Shown one piece after another: positions 12,073-25,000 of a DNA stretch of 64,000 bases. Origin of the DNA: Asterias rubens (Eukaryota); NCBI RefSeq assembly GCF_902459465.1, contig NC_047062.1:22816001-22880000 (forward strand), read 5' to 3'. The number at the start of each line of letters is the position of its first letter. The stretch's first letter is position 1. The notes beneath the pieces were generated by a model that was not told the origin of the DNA, did no database searches, and saw only the letters and a program-made list of their open reading frames with translations. The translations under genes were made by a program, and so were the position numbers.

Positions 12073-12255
12073 TTGTATCTATGTCAACAAGCTTTCGCTA
12101 GAAGACGATCAGAGCTTACTGATCGAAACGTGGAGTTGAAACCAACGGTTCTTTTCAGAACCACCCCAACTTATTTAGAGACAGTCATTACATGGTGTTT
12201 CTGCAAACCTTTCTGTATCGTATTTCTACCATGCAAAGTTTCAAATCCTACTTAA
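12073..12255 (+). mobile_element. Penelope-like element pLTR fragment (family F) with a hammerhead-like core
   Basis: CTAGAAGA-C-GATCAG-loop-CTGATC-GAAACGT. Highly similar to 28159-28341. Confidence 0.6.
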
Positions 12256-13501
12256 TTGTTAACAAGTTCTTTGAAGTGTATGTTAGGTCTGTGCATACAA
12301 AAAGAAATAAATTACTATGGAAGACACTGAATGATTTAAACTGTATGTTTTAATATAGACATTTTCATTATGTACAATTATTTACATCTTACTGTTATTC
12401 CGTCAATGGATGTGTTCAGACTTTCCATTAGCAATTGGACAATAAGTGAGTGCACTGTTTGGTTTTTGGTATTGATACATTTAACAAAACCAAATAGTGT
12501 CAAAGTATTGTGCCCACCATATCTCGAAATGGCCTGTTGAATGATCAATAATAAAAAGGTTTAGTGCCAACTTCACACATCAATTTGTGTTATTTGTGTT
12601 ATAAATCCATCATTTAATATTATGAAACTGGTAGTGGGTTACAAGATATTAACACCTGTGCAATATTTTATTGAGTTGCTTGGGCAGGAAATATTGCTAA
12701 CAACAAAATTCTGCTAAGCAAAAATACGCAGGAATCCATTTGGTAATAATACATGAGGCATGGTATTTTGGCTGGTAACCTTCATCTGGTGAGCAGTTTG
12801 TTTTTTGTTTAGCTTAGCAGCTATATGAAATAGGGCCCAGTGCTTTATGAATGCCAGACTGCAGAAAGCAAAACAACTGACCATTGCCCATGGTGTACAG
12901 CCAATACACTAAATCAACCACTGAACACTGCTTTTCTAAGTGGAACTGTAACTTCAGCAAACAAAATAACCAGTTCATTGTTTTCACCACACAAATCCAC
13001 ATTGCATGTATTCAACCGAGGAAAGACACTGAACAATCATAAACGTCATGTGTTTTTGCTGCATAACTACACTTGTACATCCTTGCATTGGCATATTAGT
13101 AGCATAATTCACAATGACAATTTCAGTTGTACACTAGTTGACTTACATGTACTTGTCTATTAATCAACAACTTGGTACAGTTTTTAATTGGCTGCATATT
13201 GTGCCACATCAAGTTGTAAACCATTACATGGTACTATGTGAAGGAATACCATGTAGGTCTCATACTTCAACACCTAGCTCTACATACCTTTGGGAAAAAA
13301 TACTGAGCGCTTTCAGACGTCCATCGGTAGTAGATGAAGCTCTAAATAAGAACTGTGTATTTTTTTAACCATACCTCCAGTTAAATGGCTTTTTTTGAAG
13401 TCCGCATCTGAGAAGGGGGGTGTAGCTGACACTAGGGCCCAAGCTCCAAGTGCTATTAGGCTCTTGCTGAACAATTGATGGTACCTGCTGATTGGAGGGT
13501 A

Positions 13502-16500
13502 TCAGCTGTGGTACATGCATTGGATGCACTTTGTTAATGTGGTCATGTATCGGTCCAGTGTAGCATGCAGACGGGTATGCCTGTTGCACAAACAAAATAA
13601 ATCACAAATCGTGAAATGGACATGAAATGATGTGAATGAGTTTTAATTGTTACGCATCTTGGGATAAAATTTACTTTTGCCATTGGGTTCTCCCTGAGCA
13701 GGCTATAGTGTTCCCCTGCCCCCCCCCCAAAAAAAAACATGCCCCAAATTATCCAACAGCTATTTCTGTAGTGACCTGCCTTTGCAAAGTTCTAATATAA
13801 ATTTACATTTCCCTCATAGAAGTGCCATAATACCAGGGGAAATTTTTCAGCCATGGATCAGTGAAAATTGGTTACGTTTTAAAATGTTGGACACTGGCAC
13901 TACCGGTACTCAAACAGTCTTTGGGTAGATGCATAATGAAATCGTACAAGCATCTATATTTATTTATAAGGTGTAAAACGAGAAATCTCCAACAAGCCTA
14001 ACTTGCCATCAGGGGCAAAGTAACTAACATATTGTAACACTCCATAGCTTGGTTGGAATAAAATTGCTCATTTGCTTGATATTTAACCCTTTAGAGGCCA
14101 TCGCAGCCACAAGTGGCTTGTACCCAAAATTCCAAAGCGGCCGCAAGATTTGACCTACTTTTATTCACATAAAGAGGTCAAAGTAAAGATCATGTCCAGA
14201 TATGAAATTTTCCAACATAGTATGTTTCATAGGGTCCAAATTTCTAAGCACAAAACCAAATATTCTGTTTCATCATATTCCTAATGACCTTTTTACAGAC
14301 AAAATTTGATGAAAGACATTAACAATATTAGTAATGTCTCAACGTTTTGTGATGATAATATAGAAATGAATTGTCTCTAAAAGATTAACTCTGGGCGACA
14401 ACAATTCAACTGAAGCCCCAATAATACAAACCTTGCCATTCCCTCCAGTTGATAGCTGTTGGCGGTGTAACTTTTCAGGAACATGCTCATGTCCGTTGTA
14501 GTCCACTGTGCTGCCTTCGTGGGATCAATAATCTACCAATGCAAAAACAAGCCAATATTGTGTTTACTTTAAACTGGTACACATTGGAGGAGACTGCATG
14601 GCCTCAGGAAGACCGCACTGGACAGGGACGCGTGGAAGGAGTTCACTTCTCGGATCATCACGGGACGGCTGACGCCCTAATGGACCAAAGACGAAGAACA
14701 CATCGGAGGGGGCTCCAGGGTCGAGTTCAGTTTTGTGATGCCTTCATTTTCCATTAGATAGTGTCGTTTATGAAAATTACAGGACTTGTTCTAAGATAAT
14801 TGTTCAATGATTTGGAGTTGAACAAAGAATGTTTTTACTAGAGTGCGACTTGAACCAAGAGCTTCTGCATTAGAGGGCCAGGTCTACCAACTGAGATATT
14901 TAGCCCTATGTTGGCGGTCTCCCAACTTTTTCAATATCTTTCTTCATGAGTGCCAGTCAGATGGCACACAACTGCCACGGATGTAAGCCAGGGAACGCAC
15001 CCAAGTTTCTTATACAACCTGGGAAGCGGCAGCCAGGGGATCATCTTATGGGGGAGGCGAAGTATATAAAATATAATCACACCTTCTCTACGACATCATT
15101 GAAGAAGTCTCTCAGTTCCCTGGAATGAATCATGCCACTGGCAATGTTGACGATAGGCCGCGAAAGGTTCTATACAACAAGGGAGAAACACAAGTTAAAG
15201 GTTTGTTCAAACTTTAAGGCTTGTGGTTTATTAGTTTATAAACTTTAACGCAGTTACACAAAAATGAAGTTATAATGCGCTGGATTGGGGGGGGGGGAAG
15301 AGACCTTGTACACAAAATTAACATATATTTTAAAACCTCCAAATGCTTACCTTGAAATTTGATTCAATGTCGGCAAAAGCTTTCTCTGTTATCTTCCCTT
15401 TAAGGGAACTACAAATCAACCTGTAATGAATGTCAGACACATTTAAACAGTCTACTTAATTTTTATTATTAGTAAAAAAATAAATGCATTTATGCAGATG
15501 CAATGTAAAACCACAGCATTACAAAAAGTACACATTCTAGCTAGCAATACCTACTATAACTGCATTTTTAAAAGTTTAATCATTTTAATTTAACAAATTT
15601 TCCTTGGAACGAATTCCTTTAATCTTTCACAAAAGAAATTGGTTATAGTTTATGTTATAGTTTATGTTTTCAGCAACTGTTTTCTTAGCAAAAAAAAACA
15701 ATTCTGTGTAATCATGTTCAACCTGCATTGTTATTTGAAAACAGCAATATCCGATATGTTTTTGACCTACCCTTTGTGTTGATCACTTGCATCTTTATCA
15801 CTGATGAGAACCTTGAGTTCTCTAAGCTCTTGCAGAAACTCTCGGTCGAAATCCGCATCCAAGTCTTCCTTTCTGGAATCTGAACAGTTTGAGGTAAGGA
15901 ATCGCACAGGTTAAAAGATATTACAATGCTTTGGAAGTTCTTATTTATAACTAGTATATTATTATTATATTATTGTTCATGGTTTATTAAAATACTGCAA
16001 TACAGCAACTACAAGCTGAAATGTACAGTTACGAACAAAAAAGTAGAAAATATAAAAGGAGCAACAGCAATTTATTACAGAAAAAAAGAAAATATCAAAA
16101 AGTAAAAAAAGTAAAAAAAACCATAAAAACACACACAACAAAGAGCTTTGCCACAAGTTAACAGCATTGAAGTAGGCACAAATAGCATCATTTAGTAATC
16201 CAATATTGCTAATGACATTATTGAGACTAACATACAGCTACATTGTAATTAACAGTTGACAGACTAAAGAACACATTTAATAAACAAATAAGCAATTTAC
16301 ATTAAAACCATTAATTACTATACAAAATATTAGTTATATTATAACTGCCATGGGGAATCAACCAAATGTTCACACAATGCGAACAAAAAACAGAATAGTC
16401 GAACGATTGAACCTAAGTTCGGTACGGCACTATAATGGTCCGGTACAGTACAGTACCTTTCGAAACATAGTATACTATTATATACAAACCCTTGCATGAC

Positions 16501-19500
16501 AACATTAACCCACCTCCACACAATGCTACCAATTTAGGAGTCAATGGGAGACCTTTGGGACACTTGGTGGCAGCAGACTTACCAGGTAAAATCCATTGCT
16601 CTCGGTCATGTGCGCACGATCAGAACTACGTAAACAATGGAAATTCACCCGGTAAGTTTGCTGCCACCTAGTGTCCAAAAGTCTCCCATTGCTTTGTGTA
16701 CATTTTAACTCCCAAAATCGCGGGCAGAATAGGTGCGTGCAAGTGCGCTGCTAGGTGTGAAATGTGCCAATATGAATATTTAGAAAATTATAATTAGCAA
16801 ACAATGGCAAAAGTATTGGTTATAAAATATTTGAGGATTTCATCTAGATGACATAAAACGTCAACAAAGTACGAGTGCAAACAAATATTAAAAACAACTT
16901 ATTACTTACGTGTTTATTTTTTGCTATGACAAAGAGTGAAAATGTATCCTTCTTGAATGACCCAAGTACACATACCGTTTGATCCTGCAGTCCATCTAAC
17001 GATCATCTCATCCGCACAAAATGAAAAGTCGGAGAAGGTCAGGTACTGCAGGCGCTTCTTCCCCGTTTCAAAACGGTTGTTGGCAAAGAAAACAATAGCT
17101 GCATACTTCCTGCAGAGGGAAAGTAGGGCTTGATGAAAGTTTTTTTTTGTAAACACAAAAATATTTGGCAAGCTCCTGATGAGAGTGGAATTATACCTAG
17201 AATTAGAATTAGAATTTTATTGTCCACATCATAAATATACAGCAATTTAGTTTCCATTGGCACATAAGAATAAACCAATTATTAGTTAAAAACAATGATT
17301 ACAAGGTCATACAGATTAAAAAGACAGAAATATACACACTCAAATAAAACATTCACCTAAATATGAGCAAATTTATAAAGCAGTCCAGTTAATAAGAAAA
17401 CCTGCTGTGAACAAACCTGCAAGTAAATACCCCTATTTCCTTACAGCTGATGTGTTAAATAACTGAATGGAGTTGGGGACAAAGGATTGGCTGTATCGAG
17501 TAAGGTTTGTACGAGGAACACAAAGTCTAAGACTGGATCTATTAAAAACAATGTGATTAAAAAGGGGGGTTTGTTGGATCTGATAAAATCATATGTACCT
17601 TAGATATTGCATGTTCAAAAAGGATGTTGTCATATGTTGGCAAGGTGAGGCCTATAAAGCACTACAGAGAAGGCAGTTTGTCTGGATGTTCTTCACCTGC
17701 CAGAAAAACTTCAAAATAAGGTCAAAGGAAAGACACATGTTCCTTTGGCCTCAGCGAGGGCGCTATTTGACCTTGTGACGGATAAGCAAGGGGGTTTATT
17801 GTAAAAAAAAAAACATACTTGGCGAGTTCCTCTGAGAGTAGGAAGTTTGTCTGGATGTTCTTCACCATCGGTCCCTCCATGTCCTCCACTGCTTTGAACA
17901 CTCTCTTGAAGTTATCATACTGCAGAAATGAAAAGAATTAACAGAGTACGTACAAAAATAAGGTCACGAAAGAAAATAAACCCTCGCAAAGGAAACTCTT
18001 ATATTTCTCTTGTTGCCTTCTGACTGACCCTCCGAACAAAGATTTTAACAAAATAAGGACACCAACATAGGGCTACATAGCACAGTTGGAATGTTAATCA
18101 TCATGAGAACAAATTGAATGAGAACTCAATTTCAATTATTTCATTTATGTTCATTCTGGTTTTACCCATTACACACATGTGTGTTAGCATTGTATACTCA
18201 GTACTTTCCCCGAGTTCTGTGAAAAAAATCACAGGGAATTACTCAGGTGGGATTCGTACCCACGACCTTTGCAATTCTAGAGCAGTGTCACAACATCTAT
18301 TTAAACTTGGGAAAGTAGTGAGTCTACAGTGAATATGGGTAAAACCAGAATGAATAGAAACTGAATGAGTGTTTAATTTCACCTGTCTTCTGCAGCTTTT
18401 GAGGGACACTTTGGTCTTCTCGCCAATTTCATCCAAATCTTTGCGGTGTTTACTCGACAATTTCTTCCCAAGAATCTCACGAGCCACCAGAGAATCAAGC
18501 TCGTAATATCTGCATAAAAATAATTTTAAAAATCAGTCTGTTTAAAAATGATCTACCATGTAACTGTCATCTCGCAATGGTTTCCATGGAAACATTTTTT
18601 TCACCACTAAAGAAATCCTGGGCACAACCCTGCTAGTAGTAGCCCAACATAATAAATTTAGTCAAATCTAAGTGTGATATAATAATAATAAAAGCCTTTG
18701 GGAAAGACTCTGTTAGGGCTGCTAACTATTTTTTGCATCTAATAGGAATAAATAGGGAGTGTGGAAAAACACTTAACAGGTAACATAAAATTACTTTTCA
18801 ATTAGCATCTTCTGTATGTCTGGCGAGATTTGAAACAGAGGTTGATGGGACAAGGTGATCGGGTTACGGAGGTGTTTTTCTATCCCCATGAACATGCGGT
18901 AGTTATCCGTCGTGTCACTCTTCAGAAGATCGTACTTCAAACCAGCCATCTTCGGTGATAACTTCTGGTAGCGGATTGAGGAAGCATCATGCGCTGCGTA
19001 GAGAGAATTAAATGAGATTTTGTGTACATGATTAGTTGGGATAATTATTGACAATGTGTGCACTTTTGGTTAAACTGCCCTGTCTAGTATAGAAATATGC
19101 CTGCAGGTGTTCGCATGCATCATTTTTTGTATAAGTTTAGTAAATGAGTTACCTAAAACATTACACTAGTTACAGTAATTGTAACGCTCAGGCGAGGGAA
19201 GACCCGAGCTTTGACCCTCGCCAGAGCGTTAGGGAAGACCCGAGCTTTGACCCTCGCCAGGCAGAGCGTTACAATTATTGTAACTGCTCATATGTCAGAA
19301 TGCAAAGGTGACCCAAGAATCAGGATGGAGCTTAATAGTTATCTACCTAGGTAAGTCCTAGTCTAGTTACAATTAGTAACCCTCTGATTGACAAGGGTCG
19401 TAACACCTGAGCGGTGTTCGACCCTCGCCGGAGTGTTAAAATTATTGTAACCAAAACCAAACTAGTGTTAAGTATTACCAAAACCAAACTAATCCTAGAC

Positions 19501-19954
19501 CTAGTTTAAACATGCTAAATCCAACTAATTAATTCAATATGCATCAAAATATAAACATATCAATCATTTACAATCATTACTTACATAAACAATGAAAACA
19601 GTTAGGGCTTAGGCCTACACGTACAACAATACAATAATGCACTTGCTTTGCAGAAACTTGAGATAATGTTTTTCTTGACTTCAGAAGGCAAATCATTGTG
19701 CAATCGAAAAACTCGATTCTCTGGGTTGAACAAGGCTTCAATTCCACAAAATAACCAATGCTAATTTTAAATTAAATAGGTTACATTTACCAAAAATGCA
19801 AACCATTCATTTACACACATTACAAATTATGTGTTGTTACGAGAAATATTGAGATAAACTCACACGAATATCCCTCCAGCCAGAGTTCGTAAACCTCAAC
19901 ATCGACGAAGGTTGTATTCCCAACAAAAATGTTCACTGATATTAATTCAGCCAT
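13502..19954 (-). CDS. FIBP: Acidic FGF intracellular binding protein, 365 aa
   Basis: Exons 19954-19864, 18993-18795, 18509-18383, 17919-17819, 17109-16976, 15879-15771, 15420-15351, 15169-15083, 14532-14432, 13580-13502. All are phase-consistent. Motifs [31 protein letters not shown] and [27 protein letters not shown] match FIBP. Confidence 0.96.
14576..14680 (+). mobile_element. RTE-clade LINE 3' fragment
   Basis: Translates as ...[25 protein letters not shown], with the DRxxW C-terminal motif. Confidence 0.55.
14780..15060 (-). mobile_element. tRNA-derived SINE family D
   Basis: gacttgaacc...ctaccaactgag...agccctatgttggcggtctccc. Partial copies at about 17990-18100 and 21300-21480. Confidence 0.65.
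16542..16691. mobile_element. Palindromic MITE (caatgggagac...gtctcccattg)
   Basis: Imperfect inverted arms of about 60 bp, readable directly. Confidence 0.85.
19160..19460. repeat. Two hairpin-type elements in FIBP intron 1, the first containing an internal duplication of about 36 bp
   Basis: gggaagacccgagctttgaccctcgccag occurs twice inside gtaacgctc...gagcgttac arms. A related diverged unit follows. Confidence 0.65.
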
Positions 19955-22059
19955 CTTTTAATAGTGCCACTGTTGAGAATAAGGTAAGACACGTACAGAA
20001 TTCTGAGCTCGAAACCACCTCCCGAAGTTCGGCAGACGACCCAAACGAGGGAACCCCTACAAAATGGCCGCCACACAGCAGAATGATGTCATAAATAAGT
20101 GACGTCATCGACCGCAAGGTCGGGATTCCCTCCATGTGTTTGATTTTTGTTTTACTCGCGAAAGGAAAAGGAAATTGCTTTCCTAAATAATTAATCAATT
20201 AAAATATAATTCAGTTAAAAAAATTTGCAACTATGCTTCCTATTTCCCCTCGAGAATTAATTGTCATGTGCAAAAAAACGGCATAAAAACTTTATTTCTT
20301 ATGATTTTACCCAATCAGACCATATTTTTTCCTATTACTCAACCCATACCCAAACCCCAACCCTTGGCCTAACCATAACCCTCTTTAATTGCAATAAGAA
20401 ATCATGAAAAGTGTTTTGCATATTAGTCTTTTATTATTAAAATTAACTAAAAGTCATTGGTAAAATATCAAGCACAAAACGAATTTCAACATGCTCTTCA
20501 ATTTGCTCTTCCACAAACCAATGACAACTAACGACAACAAAATAACACACAGACAACGAATGAATGTTCTCTTCAGTATTTTTATTTGAAAAAGTACAGA
20601 AAATGAAGAAACACAAGACAGTTTGAAATAATAACATAATGGCGGGGAAAAAACGATGCATCTTTAATAGAAGTGAGTTTGTTTCATCATGTCAGGCAAA
20701 GCAAATAAGTTGTTTTGGTCTTCATCAAAAAAAGTTTAAATTAACCTACGTTTGAAGTGGTGGCTGTGGCTGTTGATCACCTGATGTGATTCAAAATCAA
20801 GTAGTAAATACCTTTAACAGAAAAACTGTCGTCACGCTCAAATTACAACTAAAACCATGAAAGAGCAAGTTTTGTAACATTCCCTTAGAGAAAGACTCTA
20901 CTGCCGCTAGGGTCGAATTGTCGGGGCATTATCTGTTTTTTGCATAATACCATAGGTCCTTTTGGTTGGTAAGGAGTTTGCTACAGCATGTTCTATTTTC
21001 ACATTCCCTGAATGTTGTAAAATTAAAACCCTACTGAGCAAAGGTTTGTGGAACTGAACTAATACAAAAGCAAAATATTACCTAATGAATAAAAATAACC
21101 ACAAGCACGTTTAATGTTATACTTATGGTATTTTAATGCATTTCATACTCAACATGGGTTCTTTAAAACTTCATGAACGTTATACCATTAAAGACAAAAA
21201 AACCTAGTCCATATTCATGACTACACTACATTTTGAACAATCTCCAGCAAATACTGTTTTTTTTCTTATTATTAACTTAAGAGTCATCATCTAACAATGG
21301 TGTTCTCATCATGATACCAGTTGAGTGAGTTTCAAATAAATTCTGGAATGAACAAAAGAAAAATTTACTAGATCGGGATTTGAACCTGCTACATCCAGAT
21401 TAACGTGCTGGCACTCTTACCAAAGATACCTTCGTTTGGGTGCCATTCAGAAGCTATTCAACCTGTAACTGCCATACAGGTAAAACATATTACTTCTTAA
21501 ATATATTTTACAAGCTGAATTTGCTAATGATTTTAAGTCTCACTGGCCGACCGAATAACATAAACAATACATTCTCATAACAAATGCAAACAAATGAACC
21601 AGTGTACTTGTTTGTTTATACAAATTGACCCAAGTTAATAGACTGTGCCAGTCTCGCACGTATTCAATTAATTGGACTAAACCCGGTTCATACTTCATGC
21701 CAATACGAAGCAATTATTAATTAATGACCAATGTTTAACCAATGTTTGTATGAGAGAGATTGGCTTTTGCCGGCTTGGTGTTGATATCCCTTTGTGGGAG
21801 TTTGCCGAGTTCCCTTGATGGGAAGATTATCTTAACACAAACAAGGGACCATGGTCCAAAAGCAATTTGATTACATGCGAGACTTGCACAGTCAAATCCT
21901 TAATAGGTCATCAAGAAGTGTAACAGTCTAACAGTGCAGCAGAAAAAAAGCAATCATCCAGTTGGTTGATCTACTCTGCTGTAGCATGGGACTATGGTTT
22001 CACAAGTTAAGCCAGTATCTTCACAGACATCATAATGATAAGGTGAGGTGAGGCTTATG

Positions 22060-25000
22060 TTAACGTGGGTAGTAACCCTGGTTGAAGTTTCCCCAGGCTT
22101 GTTGGTACTGCTGGTACTGCTGTAAAGAGAGAGGTCAAAGATGATAAAAGACTGCCCATATACCAAACTGCTCTTTGATTGACACAATTGGTTTCAAAAT
22201 TTGGCCAGCGCCCGATTTTATGGAGATGCTTCAACACAAAAAAGAAGCTCAGCACAAGAGCTATGATTACCAGTGGAAATACCATCTCACATGTACCATC
22301 TCCGACCAAAATCATTTCTGCCAGTCTAAAATTTATCAAGCAATATTTTTTGCTTTTAAAGCAGCTCTATGAAAAAGACAACAAAGGTGGAGGGGAGACA
22401 GTGTGGCCATGAACGGCACGACACATTGTACAGTAGGCCTGACACTTTACGGAGGCATTGGAGTTGATTGCCTCAATGCCACCTGGTCATTGCCTTGGTG
22501 CCCTTGAAATGCTCCAGTAGAAATTTACAAGTTTCTCGTAAGGTGCCCTTTACCAAGGAGAAAATGCATTGGTGCCCTTGCCCTTTCAAAAACCATACAG
22601 GCCTGGCACTGTATTGTGACGGGATACTTCCAAACAAATTTACCTGATTGTAGTTGTTATTGGGAGGTGCATTGTAACCGCCTGGTCCCGGAGGGGGCCC
22701 ATAACTAGGAGGAGGACCCTGTGGGCCGTACGGGGCCCCCTGGTTGTAGTTGCCCCAGGCGGCAGCATTCTGGCCCGCTTGTTGCGGAGACTGTGAGTAG
22801 TCCGCTGGTCCGTTGTAGGGCTGGGCTGGTGGCATCTGTCCCTGGGGTGGCGTTGAAGTGACCGCGGGGGTCTTGGCTGGTGTCGTCGACGGCGTTGCAG
22901 CAGCTGCAGTGGTTGTGGTCTCTTTCTTGGCCTTCTTCTCCGGTTGGGTCGGAGTGCTGCAACGAAAAACAAAGAATTACAGTAAGCATATTGAACAAAG
23001 GACAAAACACAAACTAAGTTATCATGCCATTTGAACTGATTTTTCCCCCCGAATCATTACCACAGCCCTCTCTGAAAACAAAAACTTATTTTTCTTAAAA
23101 TAAAATGATAACTTGTTTAGAATACCCGTGTACAGAGTTCAAGTCAGACCCTCTCTTCCATGCTGGAAATGCATTGCTCTTGTGAACTGGTCTGGCTGGT
23201 CTCTCTACAGCAGAAGTAGCATGAGCGCCGGGCGACTGGGACTTTGAATTACCACTGGTTTCACTGAAAAACATGGAATTTTCAGCAGCATACAATTTTT
23301 GCTTTTGTTGCGTTCGATTTTCCAATTTTTTTTACCATGAGCATCTTTATACCATGTATTATGTGCAAATGTGCGACCATATATTTTTTCAACGTTACCA
23401 ATATTGGCCACACCTTTCAAAAGGTTTGGTTGCTTTTAGTACGACACAAACGTCCACAGATTTATATTAAACTTACATGGTTTAAAGATAATGATGGTAG
23501 AAAATTTTCCCTAAATTATTTCTTGCTTAGGTGCGGTAGTTTTTGAGAAATGAGTAAAACAATTTCACTAAAATAATTTTCGTCTCAGTGAGATGAAAAC
23601 TATTTTAGCATATACAACGGTTTTACGCAACTCTCCCAAAAACATTTCTCGCTGTGATTTTTGTTTTGTTTTTTTCTCAAAAACTTGACGACTTTATGAA
23701 GATAAATTTTATTACATGCATCTTCATTAACACTGAGTGAGGGATTCATGTCATGGGCAAAATCTTGAAAATTAATGAGGATTTTAGTAAAATTCACAAG
23801 CGGAATGGTGGGAAGGGTAGTTTCCCTACTTACGTTGCCTCCGCAGTTCTCTTTTTGCTTGCAGCTTGTAGGATCTCCAGCTGTCCCTTCAGTAACTCCT
23901 GGTGTTCCTCATACGCAGTTTGTAATCTGGGGTAGGAATCAAAGAGAAAATCAATCCATTCTTCAATGATCATTTTTCCCAACTTCAGTGCCCAATGTCA
24001 TGGCTCTGCTTACCATAAGCACAGAACTGCGCTTGCCGAAGTAGGGAATTCTGTACTTACGTCAAGCATGTTTCACGTTTAGCTGGGAACTACGTGCGCG
24101 AGTGTTCTCCATGTTACCGAGCATTCTTCGCTTACATGGCTAGCGCAGAAATTTGGTGCTTGCGCGTAAGCCATTGTCAGTGCAGACCTTGGTGGTAAGC
24201 AGAGCCATGTTCTTTGAATGGCGCAACCTTTAATCTAGTAACAGATGATTCTATCACAGATGTTAAATTAGACGTGCAAATGGATAAAAACTCACTTAGA
24301 CACATCAGTTCCGAAGTCCATCAGGTATGTGAGTCGCCGCTGGGAGAACTTCATCTTGTTGTCCACACTGGTGCTGGACTGTTCTCCCTTCTGGAAGAGA
24401 TCCAGGATGATGGGCTCATTGTTGGGAATCTGCTGGATCTCCAGGTCCAGTAGCTGCAGGTACACTCTGGATTTATCCTACAGGTTATCAACAACAAAAT
24501 AATGCAAATTCAACATCTATTAAGCAGTTGCTGTACCCACTGCTACAACATGTAATTCGAACTGCCTCAAGCTACCGGGCAATCTCCTGGTCTAGTTGGT
24601 AAGACACTGATCTAGAATTGCAAAGGTCGATGGTTTGAATCCCAGCGGGTAGTATGCCTGTGAGTTTGTTTTTCACAAATCTCTGGAAAGTACTGAGTAT
24701 ATAGTCAGGGTTCTCCCCACGTACAAGCTAGCGTATCGGACCCCACGCCGTAGGGGGCTTCGCGCTTCGCGCTCGCATGCTGGGATTGTGAACATCCAAA
24801 ATTAAAAGCCCCACAGTTTTGAAAAATCCTGGGGAGAACCCTGATAGTGCTAACACACATCGGTGTAAATGGGTAAAACCAAAATGAATATTCTTACAGT
24901 AGAGGTTGATTTGATTTCTTAATGAGAATAGTGACAATGATGTTGATTGATAAAAGTGAAGCTCAGTGATTCTCATGGCGCTCCAACTTTATTGACCCTG

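Noticed and set aside
20746-20780. Alternative PRPF39 terminal exon (DQQPQPPLQT*)
   Set aside because: It needs a weak donor (cac|gttaac) that overlaps the normal stop codon, and there is no other support.
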